Origin: Lama glama
Taxonomy: Eukaryota
Assembly: GCA_028534125.1 (NCBI GenBank)
Contig: CM052818.1
Span: 27,778,001-27,842,000 of the forward strand
Length of the DNA stretch: 64,000 bases
Direction: 5' to 3'
Part shown: one piece after another, positions 14,031-25,841 of the stretch
How the letters are laid out: each line of letters opens with the position of its first letter
Numbering within the stretch: the stretch's first letter is position 1
Notes under the pieces: generated by a model
What the model was told of the DNA's origin: nothing
The model's database searches: none
The model's input: only the letters and a program-made list of their open reading frames with translations
Program-made: the position numbers and the translations under genes

Positions 14031-14592
14031 AGGTATTTTTTTTCTCTTAAATGGTAAGAGAGTCTTATGGGGATAATTCATTTAATTATTATTCAGAGGA
14101 AATTGCTTGCTTGAGTATCATTTATCTCTTATTTTTTTTGTTGTTCTGTCTTCTCTCTCACTCTCTTGTATACCTACATACCTTTTATGAAAGAGTTTTC
14201 ACATTCTAAGAAGTGAGGCTTCCTTAATGGAAATTTTAGATCTAATCTAGAACTTTAACTTTGCTATTGTTTTCTTGCATAACTTTGGGTGAGCTTTTCA
14301 ACTTCAGATTAATTACAGTTTTGTATACTAATGGTAGACTTTGCCATATACACTCAACTTTAAATCATGTTTTATGATAGATATACAAAGAGAACATATG
14401 TAATTTATATAATTAAATTATTTTGATTTAATAATGCTATTAGTGATAATGAAAGTAAAGTTTATGTTTTCTTTGGTAGAATACACATAATAAATTTCTG
14501 CAAGATTGTTTCATTTATTTGTAATAGAAACAGTATAATAAAATTTACAAATAAGTGATTAGCTAGGAAGTGTCATTTTATGGATAATTTAC

Positions 14593-14633
14593 CTCCAGCA
14601 ATTTTTTTCTGATATCTATATTTCAAACAGCAT
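14593..14633 (-). pseudogene. Decayed exon E (41 nt)
   Basis: Strong acceptor tcttctttcttttccctgcag, donor GAG|gtaaat. Phase 1 to 0 gives (D)AV*NIDIRKKLLE. The alternative frame CCLKYRYQKKIAG is stop-free. Confidence 0.55.
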
Positions 14634-15184
14634 CTGCAGGGAAAAGAAAGAAGATGCTTTATTGTCATTTTAATAAACTGCAGAGGATGATGAGTGGGAG
14701 CTTCTTTGCTAAATAATAAAAGAGTTAGGACTCAGATGGAGAGATAGGAAATGCAAAACAAGTGGTTATAAATGTGTACTTTGAGAATTTACAGGAAGAA
14801 AATATGTGTAGGTGATGGCTAAACTGAATAACTTGTGTTTATTAATCATAAATTAAGATGTGTTAAATATTCTTAGGGGAAGCACAGCCCATTAAGGCTG
14901 CCAAGTTGCAAACACCCATCTATACCCCGTCTTGGCAATGGACTCCATGGAGTGAAATGTAAATAGTGCCCCCTGGATTGGTGCAATGCTGTGGTCCTGT
15001 AGCATTCTGTGTGTGACATGCTGAATTTAGAGCATTGTTAATAACACAAATGCAATGCTTATAGATTTAAGAATTTCCCCTGAAGAAGGCCAAGGGGAAA
15101 TCTCTGGAATCATATCTTCTAGGCATCAGAAATTTCCATCTTACTTTCCTGACTGAAAGCTGAATTGTTGAATTAATGACTAAC

Positions 15185-15408
15185 CATTGCCTGCATTTAG
15201 GGTTAAGGTTCTGTCAGCTAAGGAAGGATCTTATGAGATCCCATTATGTCCTGTAAGAAATTTCCTAAGATGTTCAGAGAGGAAGACAATATTTCAATGT
15301 ATCTGAAAAGAATTGGAAAATTTTTCCATGTATCTTTTCTTCTTCATCGCCAGATTGCTAGATTTATCTGCACCAAATTCTTTGTGCAAGTACAGTGCTG
15401 GATATCTC
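15185..15408 (-). pseudogene. Decayed exon D
   Basis: ctgctctag|GAGATA...GCAATG|gttagt. 224 nt, phase 2 to 1. RYPALYLHKEFGADKSSNLAMKKKRYMEKFSNSFQIH*NIVFLSEHLRKFLTGHNGIS*DPSLADRTLTLNAGN. Confidence 0.55.
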
Positions 15409-15824
15409 CTAGAGCAGATTGATGGTTTCAAAATTCAATTATATATCTGTCATTCAGTAATTTGACAACAAATAGAGCAAGCAGCTTGCATGAGTGAAAT
15501 TTTGTATGTCCCTTCTACTCAGTGAAAGGGCTGAATACATTTTCTGTTTAATAAAATTTTAATTTTGACTATGTCAGTTTTGAATATACCAAAAAATGTT
15601 TATATACCTTAATTCTTGGTATATTCTCTTACTATGAATCTAGAGAAGAATGACTTCGCTAGACTTTTTCAACTCCTAATTTAAAAAAAAGTTTGACTAT
15701 TTAATTCATCATGATGTGGGTTTATGCTCTAGCCATTTAAAATGATTGCGATATAATGAACTATATAATAATGAGATAGGTTTCAAAGTTAATAGTTGAA
15801 GGCTACCTTAGTCATTATCTACAT

Positions 15825-16250
15825 CTGTGCTGCCCAGTACAGTAACCACTACCACCTGTGACTGTCAAGCACTTGAAATGTGACTAATCCAAACTGAAAT
15901 GTGCTCTAGGTGTGAAATACATATCAAAGATTTGGCATGAAGAAATATCGAAAATATCTCAATAATTTTTATATTGATTGTGTATTGACATGGTATATTT
16001 TATTTTATTTATCTTTACATTTTTTAATTTATTTTTTTAGGGTTGAGAGGTAATTAGGTTATTTATTTAATGGAGCTCACACTCTACCATTGAGCTATAC
16101 CCTCCCCCTGACGTAATATTTTGGATACATTAGGTCAAATAAATTGTATTAAAATTAATTTTACCTTTTCCTTTTTGTGTGGACTCTAGACAATTTACAG
16201 TTACATACATGGTGCCTATGACATTTCTATTAAAGATCGCTGCTCTAGAT
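15825..16250. mobile_element. hAT-Charlie MER3/MER33-like element with nested SINE
   Basis: ctgtgctgcccagtacagtaaccactaccac...cacttgaaatgtgactaatcc...gctgctctag. Confidence 0.7.
16000..16108 (-). mobile_element. Internally deleted tRNA-derived SINE (vic-1-like)
   Basis: ctctaccattgagctataccctccccc is the reverse of ggggagggtatagctcaatggtagag. T-rich tail. Confidence 0.75.
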
Positions 16251-17499
16251 CAGCCTTCTCATTTCAAGGTAGAAAACTAACTACTGATTGACTAGATCCC
16301 CTAATTTCCAGTCCAGTGATATTCCCACTGTACTGCCTTTGTGCAGGGTTCAACATGTTTGATACACACTATTTAATTTGGTTTTTATAGCAACCTACTG
16401 ACAAATATGAATTAGAAATTCTAATCTCTAATTTATGAAGTAGGCACAGAAGCTTGAGTGATTTGGTGAATGCAGTGTGTCTAATGGGAGCATGAGCCTG
16501 GACCTAATTTTTCATGACTCCTAGGTAATGTAGTTTATTATCACTAGTCATCATGAATGCAGGGAATCACAATAGATGGAACAGCCTTTTTTGTTTTATT
16601 ATGGCTTGTCATAGGTAAGAAATTAGTAAAAGAGCATCCAGCAGTACTTTATTAAAATTCCTATATTTTTAAAGTCACCATCAGTCATTTTTGATACTAA
16701 ATCTAGGAGAGGTGAAAAAATATACTCTATGCACATTTCAACAGATTACTTGATAAAACTTCCAAAATGTGTTTGAGGATAACATGGTAAAATGTGGCTT
16801 ATTTGATTAAAAATCTGATCATCTTGCCCCTCTTTAATAGAGAGTATCTGCTAATATGGGACTAGCATAATTATATGAAGAACTGCCTGCAACACAGTGA
16901 CAGCAGTCCTTAACTAACTGGTTTGTAAGCCTTAATTAAAAGCTGTTCGAGAGCTGGTTAGATGATACAGCTTTTTCCCCCCATCAATGCGTATAAACTA
17001 ATGTGCTTTTTTGAGCTTTAGATTTATTATCTTTACATGTTGCTGAATGTGTTATATTTAGAGCATTTTTATGTTTATTGATGCTATTTATACTCTTCCT
17101 CTGATGCTGTGTTTTTAATATATTTTATTCTGTAGAACAATACATAGCTCCCTACTGACCATTTTCTAAAAGTTACGTGTTTTAGCCTTGGCTTCCAAGG
17201 TTCCACATGAATAGTCCTCCATGAACTGTTCTTCCTTACTTTTTCAGTATCTTCTAACCCAGAGACTCTAACCATGTATCTCCTTCCTGTCACTTCCAGT
17301 TGAGCTGTGGTATAGTGCTGTGGTTTCCAAGTACCAGTCAGTGCCCTTCTGCTCTTCTCACTATATGGGGACGTCTTCTTCAGATACTTACTGGTTTCTC
17401 TGCTGTTATCCCAGATTGACTGAATCAGAATCGTGGAGGATGGGATTATGTCTACTGCATAGCATAGTGTTTCCAGTTACCCTAAAACCAAAACGCCCA

Positions 17500-17700
17500 T
17501 ATATTTGAATCTTGGCCTCTGTATTTCTTAAGCTGTGTGACCTGGGTAAATCACTTAGCTCTTGACGCCCCAGTTTCCTAATCTGTAATCTGTAGTAATA
17601 GTGCCTACATTAAAGGGTTATTAAGTAGTTAAATGAGGTAATATTTGGAAAGTGTTTATAAGTTTCAGGTGTAGTGAGCACTACCGAAGTGTGGTGTGTT
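17500..17700. mobile_element. MIR
   Basis: agctgtgtgacctgggtaaatcactt...cagtttcctaatctgtaa core. Confidence 0.75.
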
Positions 17701-17844
17701 AAGTGTGTATTAACTACATAAATTAGAAGTTTCTCCATATGGTTGTGGCAGAAATAAGGTTTAGGAACCAATGGAATGGAACAAAGAAGGCACTGAAATG
17801 CTTGGCCCTTTTCTCATTGAAGATCTGTCCTCTTTCTACTTCCT

Positions 17845-18560
17845 GTTATTCTCAACAAAAGTAGTACCATCCCCAGGGGATGCTTTGGCAAACATGTGGA
17901 GACACTTTTAAGTTGTCACATGATTGGACTGAGTGATGAACAGGAGGATATTAGACACCCTTCAGTATGAGGACAATCTTGTACAATAAAGTATCATTCC
18001 CAATATCTCACCGTATTTGAATAGCCGCTGATTATTCATGTAAATGGAAAGCCTGTTTCTAATTATTTGAGGCCAGAATTGTACTCTTTTACATAGAGGA
18101 AACAAAGTGTTTTTGTACAGTTCTAATATACATTAAAATTTTACATGAGTATACCCCACAGAATAAACCAAGAGAAGATTTGTTTTCCTTTAGAACTTGA
18201 CCAAGAGTGGGTCGCCACTTTGGAAAATCTCACCTCTAACAGCCATGTCTCTCCTGATACTCCAGTCATAAACACATTTGTAGTTGTCACCTATAGAACC
18301 AGCATCTGACTCTACCTCATTTTGTCTGCTAGTGTGTATGTGCTTGATTTTATATTTTGAAATATATATTATTTGATTATAAATTAGTTTTGCTTTATTC
18401 TCCCTTATGTTGCAGATAAGGCATTCTGTTAATTTCTTTGAAATTGTGTGTAGTGGTAGATTTTATCACCTGTTAATTTCATTTTAGGATAGTAAAGGGC
18501 TATCACAAAATGTGTCTTATAAAAGGAGGCATAATAGCTGAAAGGCTTGAGACTCAAAAC
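17845..18560. mobile_element. hAT-Charlie MER20B-like element
   Basis: ttctcaac...ccccaggggatgctttggcaaacatgtggagacacttttaagttgtcaca (MER20-type left end). Confidence 0.55.
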
Positions 18561-21169
18561 TGAGATCCAAAAAGCATTTATTAATCAGTCTGGCTTGGTA
18601 CTAAACAGCATTGCATTCTTTCAGAATTCATATAAGGGCTATACTAAATTAATACATGCCTATTTCAGGCTACTTTGGGATGTTTTAAACTCTTTTAATG
18701 GGAATGTATGTTCTCACCCAGTAGATTGTACCTTCTTCAAGGAAAGAAAATTTTACCTTGATTCCTTTTGTATCTTTTCACAGCAGGCATTCAGTAAGTG
18801 GTGCTGAACAGCCTGACTTAAGTTTAAAGAAAAGCAGGAAAATTCAGACAGTAGAGTCAGAAGTTTAAAGTAAATTGAAAAAAGTGCCTGAGAAATGTTA
18901 GTTCATCAGAAGAAATCCAGCAGAAGTAAAGGAAACAGAAACAGAGAATGCCTTTAAGGCAGTGTTGGGGGACGTGATGTGGAGGCAGCTGGAAAACTAA
19001 GCTCTTAGAGATATATGTAGGTGTGCCCTATCTTAGGAAAACCCAGTACAAGCATTGAAAATTAAAAACAAAACAGATAAATTAGAAGGGTATGTGTGTG
19101 TTGAGGGGAATAGGAGAGGAAAATCATCAATCACACAAGAATTATGATTGGTCATCTGCTATGTGTTGACACCTTTGCATTAGCAAGTGTAGATTCTTTT
19201 TACTAGCTTTAAGTAAATCCACTGAAAGTGGACTTAGCTAGATTCAAAGTAGGGTCCCGTTTACAAAACATTTTTTTTCAAACTTTTTAGTAGCACATGA
19301 TTCCAAAAATTACATGGACCACAGTGCTTCATAAAGCTAGGTAATAATTTTAAGGGTTGGCCTGATATTCAGGAAATGTCAAATTTACTGTGGTAAATGA
19401 CACCATCATAAACTTCGTGATTTCATCTCAAACAGGTATTTAGGCAAACACAAAAAGAGAGAATAAACACGCAGTATATTATTTCAGTTGAAAGCCTGTG
19501 GGAGCTTTGTGGTGTAAGTTGAGATGGAATGTTTGCTTTGGTGATTCACAATGAATGTAAGTTGAATGCATCCCAACTACATTGATCATGATGAGAAATA
19601 GTTGTGTGAGTGCAATAAGATGTGGTACCAAGTCCCTGCTTGTGTCCTAATATCACCATTAAGTTAGAAACTCTGCACATGACATCTAGATCACACAAAC
19701 ATGCACATCCACAGATATATACACTATAACATATATATACATGTAAAATATATAGCAATTATTAAAAATGGAGGAAGCCAGTGTTGAAAAGTTAACTTTC
19801 AGTTCAATATGGCTTTCCTAAATATATGACCTACTTTTCCTGCCAGCCCAGACCTCACTAAAACATACAGAAAAGAAAATGGGATACAAAGGAATTTAGA
19901 AAACTGGACTAGAACCATCAAAAAACCAGAACAGTGATGCTTTTTTTTTTTTTTTACTACTTTTTCTCTAGCAGTAGTTTTAGAGAAGGAGGTCATATGA
20001 AGTCTGCTTGGTAATTAATTAAAGTGCTGTGACATAGTCGTGCCAATTGTATTAATCAGGTGCTTAAATGTAAGCAAAGAATGCATACTCTGGGTGAAGC
20101 AGATAAGGGTTTGGGTGGCTCACACAATTGCAGGAAGGCTGGAAAATTAGGCTATGGCTGGGCTGCTAGGAGCAACAACCAAATTAGGCCACAGAAGTGG
20201 AAGTGGCCTTATAATGGAATTTCTGTTACTTCATTCAGGTGGCATTACAGTGATTTGCCATTGAGCCACTTCTGTTCCGGGACACTCATTTTGCAGGCAT
20301 GAGCACAGGTTTTTGCTTTCAGGGCATCAAGTCTGGCATAGATACATTTTGATTGGCAGAGCCTAGGTCAGGTACCTAGAAAAGCAGATCACTAGAGTCT
20401 CAGATTTTATAGAGGAATGCGTTCTTTGCCTGGGCAAGACTCACTGGATGGAAACTTCCGACATAGAAAGAGGTTCAGATGCTGGGTGAGGCAAAACAAA
20501 TGACAAGTGTCCATTTATTGATCCTTCCCACCCTTTCTTAATTTTGGCCTCAGAGTAGGGTGGTAGAGGCATGAATAAGACATTCTAATTTAGACATTCT
20601 CACAAGAGATTACAAGAGTTATGGAGTTGGTATGGAGAAAGCTTCCAGATAACATATATTTACCATGAAGAATGGGTGCCTCCCCTTCCCAGCACACAAA
20701 ATATTTTCATTCACTTACAAAATGCTAAGCCAGCCAAAAGTTCTGCTTCTTACTTCACTGTATAGCCTCTGGAGATAGGACTCCTCTATCAGAACTTTTT
20801 TTTCCCCCCCCTTACTTGGCTTTTTCAGTGTTTCCTAGCTACTAATCTAAAAATTGGAACATACATTAAGAGTTACCAGGCATGTAAGGACACCTAAGAG
20901 AAAGATAGAAAATTCAACAAAATAAGGAAATAATCACACACACAAATCAACACAGGAAAAGAAGAAAATTTAAAAATATTTATTGTTAGTGTACTCTAGG
21001 AGAGAATAAAATAACAGACTTCAGTGAAAAAGCAAATTTGAAGTCTTGGAAATTAAAAAACATATAACGAAATAAAAAAGTAAACATAAAGGGGTTAGAT
21101 AGGAGAAATGGTGCAGCTGAAACTAAATTACTTAATAAATGGAAGATTCAGCCAGGTGATTCATTATTT

Positions 21170-21450
21170 TAACTTTAAGTAATAACTGACAAGTAACAAT
21201 TGTATATATTTAAAATGTGCAATGTAATGGTTTGATATACATATATAATTTTATATATATGATTGTAGAATGATTATCAAAATCAAGATAATTAACACAT
21301 CCGTCACCTCACATAGTTAACCCTTTCTGTGATGGGGGCTGTGTGTGTATGTGTGTGTGATCCTCAACCGATTTTTCTTACAACGAAAGATTTGTGCTTT
21401 TTGACTTTTCATCTACCCCATTTCCATCCCCTGTCTCATGTGATTCTTAT
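21170..21450 (-). mobile_element. L1 3' fragment
   Basis: attgtatatatttaaaatgtgcaatgtaatggtttgatatac...aattaacacatccgtcacctcacatagtta. Confidence 0.7.
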
Positions 21451-22199
21451 AAAATGTGGTAAAAGGATGAAAATACATTAAATGTGAGAAAAAACAGAAA
21501 TTGGATTTATCCAGGAAGTCTGTATCAGTTATGATTAACCTTAATTGCAAGTAAGAGAACAAAAATAATTGTGGCTTTAAAAAATGTAAGCTTTTTCTTG
21601 ATCATGTTGAAGTCCACAGGGAGGCCATCCCAGGCTCTCATCCTGTTCAGAATGTGGGCCATTGATACCCACATCCCAGGCAGTAGGATGGAGAAAGTAA
21701 TAAAGAGAAGTTCCAAAGAACGAGTGCCTATTTCCTTAAGAAGGTACCAGAAAGTTGCCATAGAATGCTTCCACTCCCAACCCAGTGGCCAGAACCCCAG
21801 AACTTAGTTGCATGTCATATGTAGCTGCAAGCAAGGTTGAGAAATGTAGTTTTCAGCCAATTGGGAAAGAAAGGAGAAATTAAATATGCTAAATGTTTGC
21901 CTCATTCAAGGAATACTTGCAGTTATTTATTAATTCTCAAAGTTCATAGGAAAATATGTACAAATACATTTTTAAGCATAACTAATGCTACCAGAAATGT
22001 GATCCTCTAAAACATCAAACCAAAAAAAAGAAAAAAACTCGTCAATCTAGTTAACATAAGAAATAGAGAAAAGAAAAATGCAAACAAACAAACACAAGAA
22101 AGAGAAAACAGTGTACATCCTGGCATTCAGCTTAATCTTGATACATTTTGCTTTTAATAAAATATTAAATTTAATTTGCTAATATTTAAAATAATTAAT

Positions 22200-22950
22200 G
22201 TATGTTTACCATATATTAGTAAAACAGCATATATAATGCAGAAATACATATTTAGGTACATGGAAATTTAGTGGCACATATAAAAGTGGCATTTCAAAGA
22301 GTGTAAGAGCAATCTTTTATACTTCCTAAAGAAAAGGTTAGGTCTTGCCCTCATTTCTATGTATGAAAAGAAAAATCAGATAGATTGAATATATCAATGA
22401 GAAAGCTATAAACTATCAGAGTAGTGAAAATTTTGAAACTTACTGGTGTATAAAATTTTTCCAAGCCAAGAGGGCATAAAGTTTATCATGGACAAAATTT
22501 AAAACATAAAAATTAGGAAATTCTCCATTATGAAAAGCTCCATTAAAAAGCATAAAAGTGAAGTGAAAAACCAGGACAATTATATATAAGATCTATGATA
22601 GACAGAGGTTTATATATTAATTTTAAAAGTCTTACAAATTCTTTTGTAAAAATATCAACTTAGTGGAGAAGTAGGAAAAAATGTGAATGGACTATTTAAA
22701 AAAGAAATAGTTAATAGTTAAAGAAATGGTTAATAAATGTATGAAAAAATGCTAAATTTTATTATTAATATGAGCACTTCAAATGAAACCAAGAATGCAG
22801 TATCATTTTCACTCATATCCATTAGATAATCCAAATGATAAAAATCAACAATATGAGGGGTTGTTGAAAATTTAGGAAATAGGCACATTCATAAAATTTT
22901 GGTCCATCTGATACATATCAGTGAAACTAACAAAACTGAAAATGCTTGCT
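22200..22950 (+). mobile_element. Old L1 ORF2 3' remnant
   Basis: A-rich degenerate L1 ORF2 C-terminal pattern. Confidence 0.6.
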
Positions 22951-22955
22951 TAGAA

Positions 22956-23070
22956 GGGGAGGGTATAGTTTAAAAGGTAGAGTGCCTGCTCACCATGCAT
23001 GAGGTCCTGGGTTAAATCCCCAGTACCTCTATGAAAAAAAAAATCCCCTCCTCCCCAGAAAACAAGAAAC
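22956..23070 (+). mobile_element. tRNA-derived SINE (vic-1-like)
   Basis: ggggagggtatagtttaaaaggtagagtgcctgctcaccatgcatgaggtcctgggttaaatccccagtacctc (A- and B-box-like) plus A-rich tail. Confidence 0.85.
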
Positions 23071-23074
23071 AAGA

Positions 23075-24700
23075 CAACAGGCCCCAAATAGGCACTTATG
23101 CGAAGTCCCCACATCACCAAACACAGACTTAATTATGGTTTTGGCTCTCCCAAAAATGGAATCTTAAGCCAGTCAATTAGGAATCGTCTGATCAGCACCA
23201 GTTAGGTAACCTGCCTGACAGACCCCTGCCATTCCGTAAAGGAAAGTATCTGCAGTAACCAGCCCAGCTTTTGCCTAGCACGACTTCCTTGTTTTTGCTC
23301 TCTTCTGCGTGTAACAATCTTTCATTTACAGCTCTTCAGAGCGCCTTTCTATCTGCTAGATTAGATACTGTCTTATGTGAATTGATTTTTGCTCAAATAA
23401 ACTCTTAAAATTTTTAATATGCCTCAGTGTATCTTCTAACAGTTCTGTTGTCAGAAAGGAGACCCCTGATGGTCTCCAGGAGCCGCAAGCAATCAGGGAA
23501 GGTACCTAATTAGCCCCTTGAGCTCACTGCTTTCTGTCTGCCTCTGGAAGTGGTCCCTCTGGGATCCCACCTCTACAGCTTTTGTGTTATGAACTTTCAG
23601 ACTTTATTTGAGCTCTTTTTTCCCCCCCTTGGACTGGGTCTGGAATACCAACTGAAGTTGAATTCTGTTGGACTTAAAAAAAAAAACAACAGACTGGGTT
23701 CAAGGTTGGACTGGGTCCAACTTGAAAACTGTAGTGGGTCCAGGTGGACTGGGTCTGACTTACACTGGACTGGGGCCTGTGTAAGGCCACAGGTGAATAA
23801 AAATTTGAGGCTGAATAAGCAGGTTAATCTTACCAAAGATAGCCTTGAATTACAGTGGAGAATTTTTAACCTACATAAGCCTTTTTATTTACACAATGCC
23901 CTAGAGAAAAAGAGGTCTTAGCCAAGCACTCACTATAAAGGGTAGAGGGAAAATCATTTTTCCTCTGCAGTGTCTCCTGACCAGGATGAAATCTACTGGG
24001 ACACCCCACTTACTCTAGAGCCTGAAGACAGGATCCTGGAAAAATTGGCAGAAGCTGGCAAGGGGTGAGGTTCTTACCAAAGTCAGCTCTCCCAGATCTC
24101 CATCTGTGGTGTCTGGTAAAGAGAGGAAAGTAAAATTTCACATTGTTCTTTCCTTTCCAAGTTCAGATTGGCAGGCCAAAAAAAAAAAAAAAAGTTTTTT
24201 TTTTTGTATGAATTAGATCATTGAATTGTGACTCATTCATTTGCTTTCAGGTACCCAGTGGTTGTGGAATGTTTCTCTCCTAAGGACAGCTGTTGCTTTC
24301 TTGTTTGTCTCATTATGTGACATTGTGCCTCTTTATGGGAACTTGGCGTGGCCACCATCAGGTTGGGGGCCCCCAAAATATGGCCAAACAGAAATGTGGG
24401 TTGCACTCCATTTGCAGCTAGGATCTTGTAACTGTTGCCAGTTTTCAGGCAGAGTTATCTTTGGTAGGGGCTCTAAATCTTGGGAGGGTATCCTAGTATG
24501 CTTTGTACCCTCTTTGGGGACACCTCTTGTATCCTTGGGGTTGTTCAATACTGGCAAGAAAATTTACTGTTTGTCCTTACTGAAACCTGACAAGATATTT
24601 GAAAGAATTTTTTGAAGAGTAGCTCTATGGCCATTAATTGAATTGGAAGCCTGATAGGACCTTTTTTTTTTTAAGGTCTTCTACCCTAAGCTAAAATGAA
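23075..24700 (+). mobile_element. ERV1-class 5' LTR plus leader/internal remnant
   Basis: LTR with aataaa near 23396 ending ...cttctaaca (23441), then PBS-like gttctgttgtcagaa and a leader with repeated ggactgggtc. Confidence 0.7.
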
Positions 24701-25662
24701 ACTTTATACCCAGAGGGAAAGAAAAGATTCTGAAACCTTTGTGGAAATATTTGCTAAAACATTTCAAAGACACATAGCTCTAAATCTAGAACATAGGAAT
24801 GTTCTTATTTCTATGTTAGTTGAAGGTCCTCTCCCTGGTATAAAGAAGCACATGGAGGAAAGATAGGTGGGTGGTTCAGCCTCTTGATATCATTCAGTTT
24901 GCAACCAGATTTTTTAAAGGATTAAAAACAAGTGTACATGTCTTACAAATGAGTCTTCACAAGAGCAGAAATGCAGCTTGAGAAATAATTCAAATACCAC
25001 CTATAACTTTTACCATTCCCAAAACCTCCCCTATTTATTTCAAGATACTATTTAAAATTCTTTTTCATTTGTACACTTAAAGTTAATATTCTTTCTAGAA
25101 GAAAGAAAATCAAGAATGTTAGGCTGAAAGGCATTTTTAAAAAAATTCAAGGTGATGAACAGGGAGGAGGGAAGGTCATGTTAAGAAAAAAGAATAGAAG
25201 AGCTGTAATTTGGAGATATATTAGGAAATGGTCGCATTCATCATCAAAAGGCATGGAAATAGCAAAAAAAAAAAAAAAAAGCCAAAAAAAAAAAAAAGGA
25301 TTTTTTCCAGGTGGTAATGATTCTATTTTAAAAAGGTTAATTTATTTAAAACTTACTTAATCCTGGAAAATTCAGTGTTAATTATTTTATTTTTGCTGGG
25401 AATCTTATACCCAGTCTCAAAGTCTGGATCTCAGTGATGAAGATCTCATGTACATATACATATCCCCTGTTTTGAAAACTGGTTTGTTTCCAGGCAATTG
25501 ATATTTTAGGGAACACTTTTAGCATAACGTGAATTTTGCATTTGCTTGTGTGTGATATTATCTGTGAGAAATACTAGATGAATGCAGAAAACTGTTCCCA
25601 GCAGAACTGATTCAGATAAGAATACACAAAATGCACGCGCACACACACACACAAACACACAC

Positions 25663-25841
25663 AGTTCCAGTTGCCTTAACATAAGCGTGTTAGAAACCAC
25701 AGCTGACTGGATCTGGTACTTCAACTTTCCCTGAGATTTCTGTTCTGTTCTTTCTACCTCTTCACAATAACTTAAAAGCTGCAGCCTCTCTGTTGTCCCC
25801 ATACACAAGACAACTTCAAGTCTCTTTCAAGGTAAAATGCC
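25663..25841 (-). pseudogene. Decayed exon C2
   Basis: acacag|GGCATT...GGAACT|gtgtgt (weak sites; the donor abuts a TG repeat). 179 nt, phase 0 to 2. GILP*KRLEVVLCMGTTERLQLLSYCEEVERTEQKSQGKLKYQIQSAVVSNTLMLRQLE. Overlaps ORF-track 25506..25808. Confidence 0.5.

Noticed and set aside
18785..18800. Plus micro-exon-like cttttcacag|CAGGCATTCA|gtaagt
   Set aside because: It lies in a degenerate L2 3' end, so it is probably coincidental.
22956..23030. tRNA-like sequence
   Set aside because: It is a SINE head with an A-rich tail and several diverged copies in the window, not a tRNA gene.
23550..24615. 123-aa and 124-aa ORFs
   Set aside because: They lie in the ERV leader and show no recognisable retroviral or cellular protein motifs.
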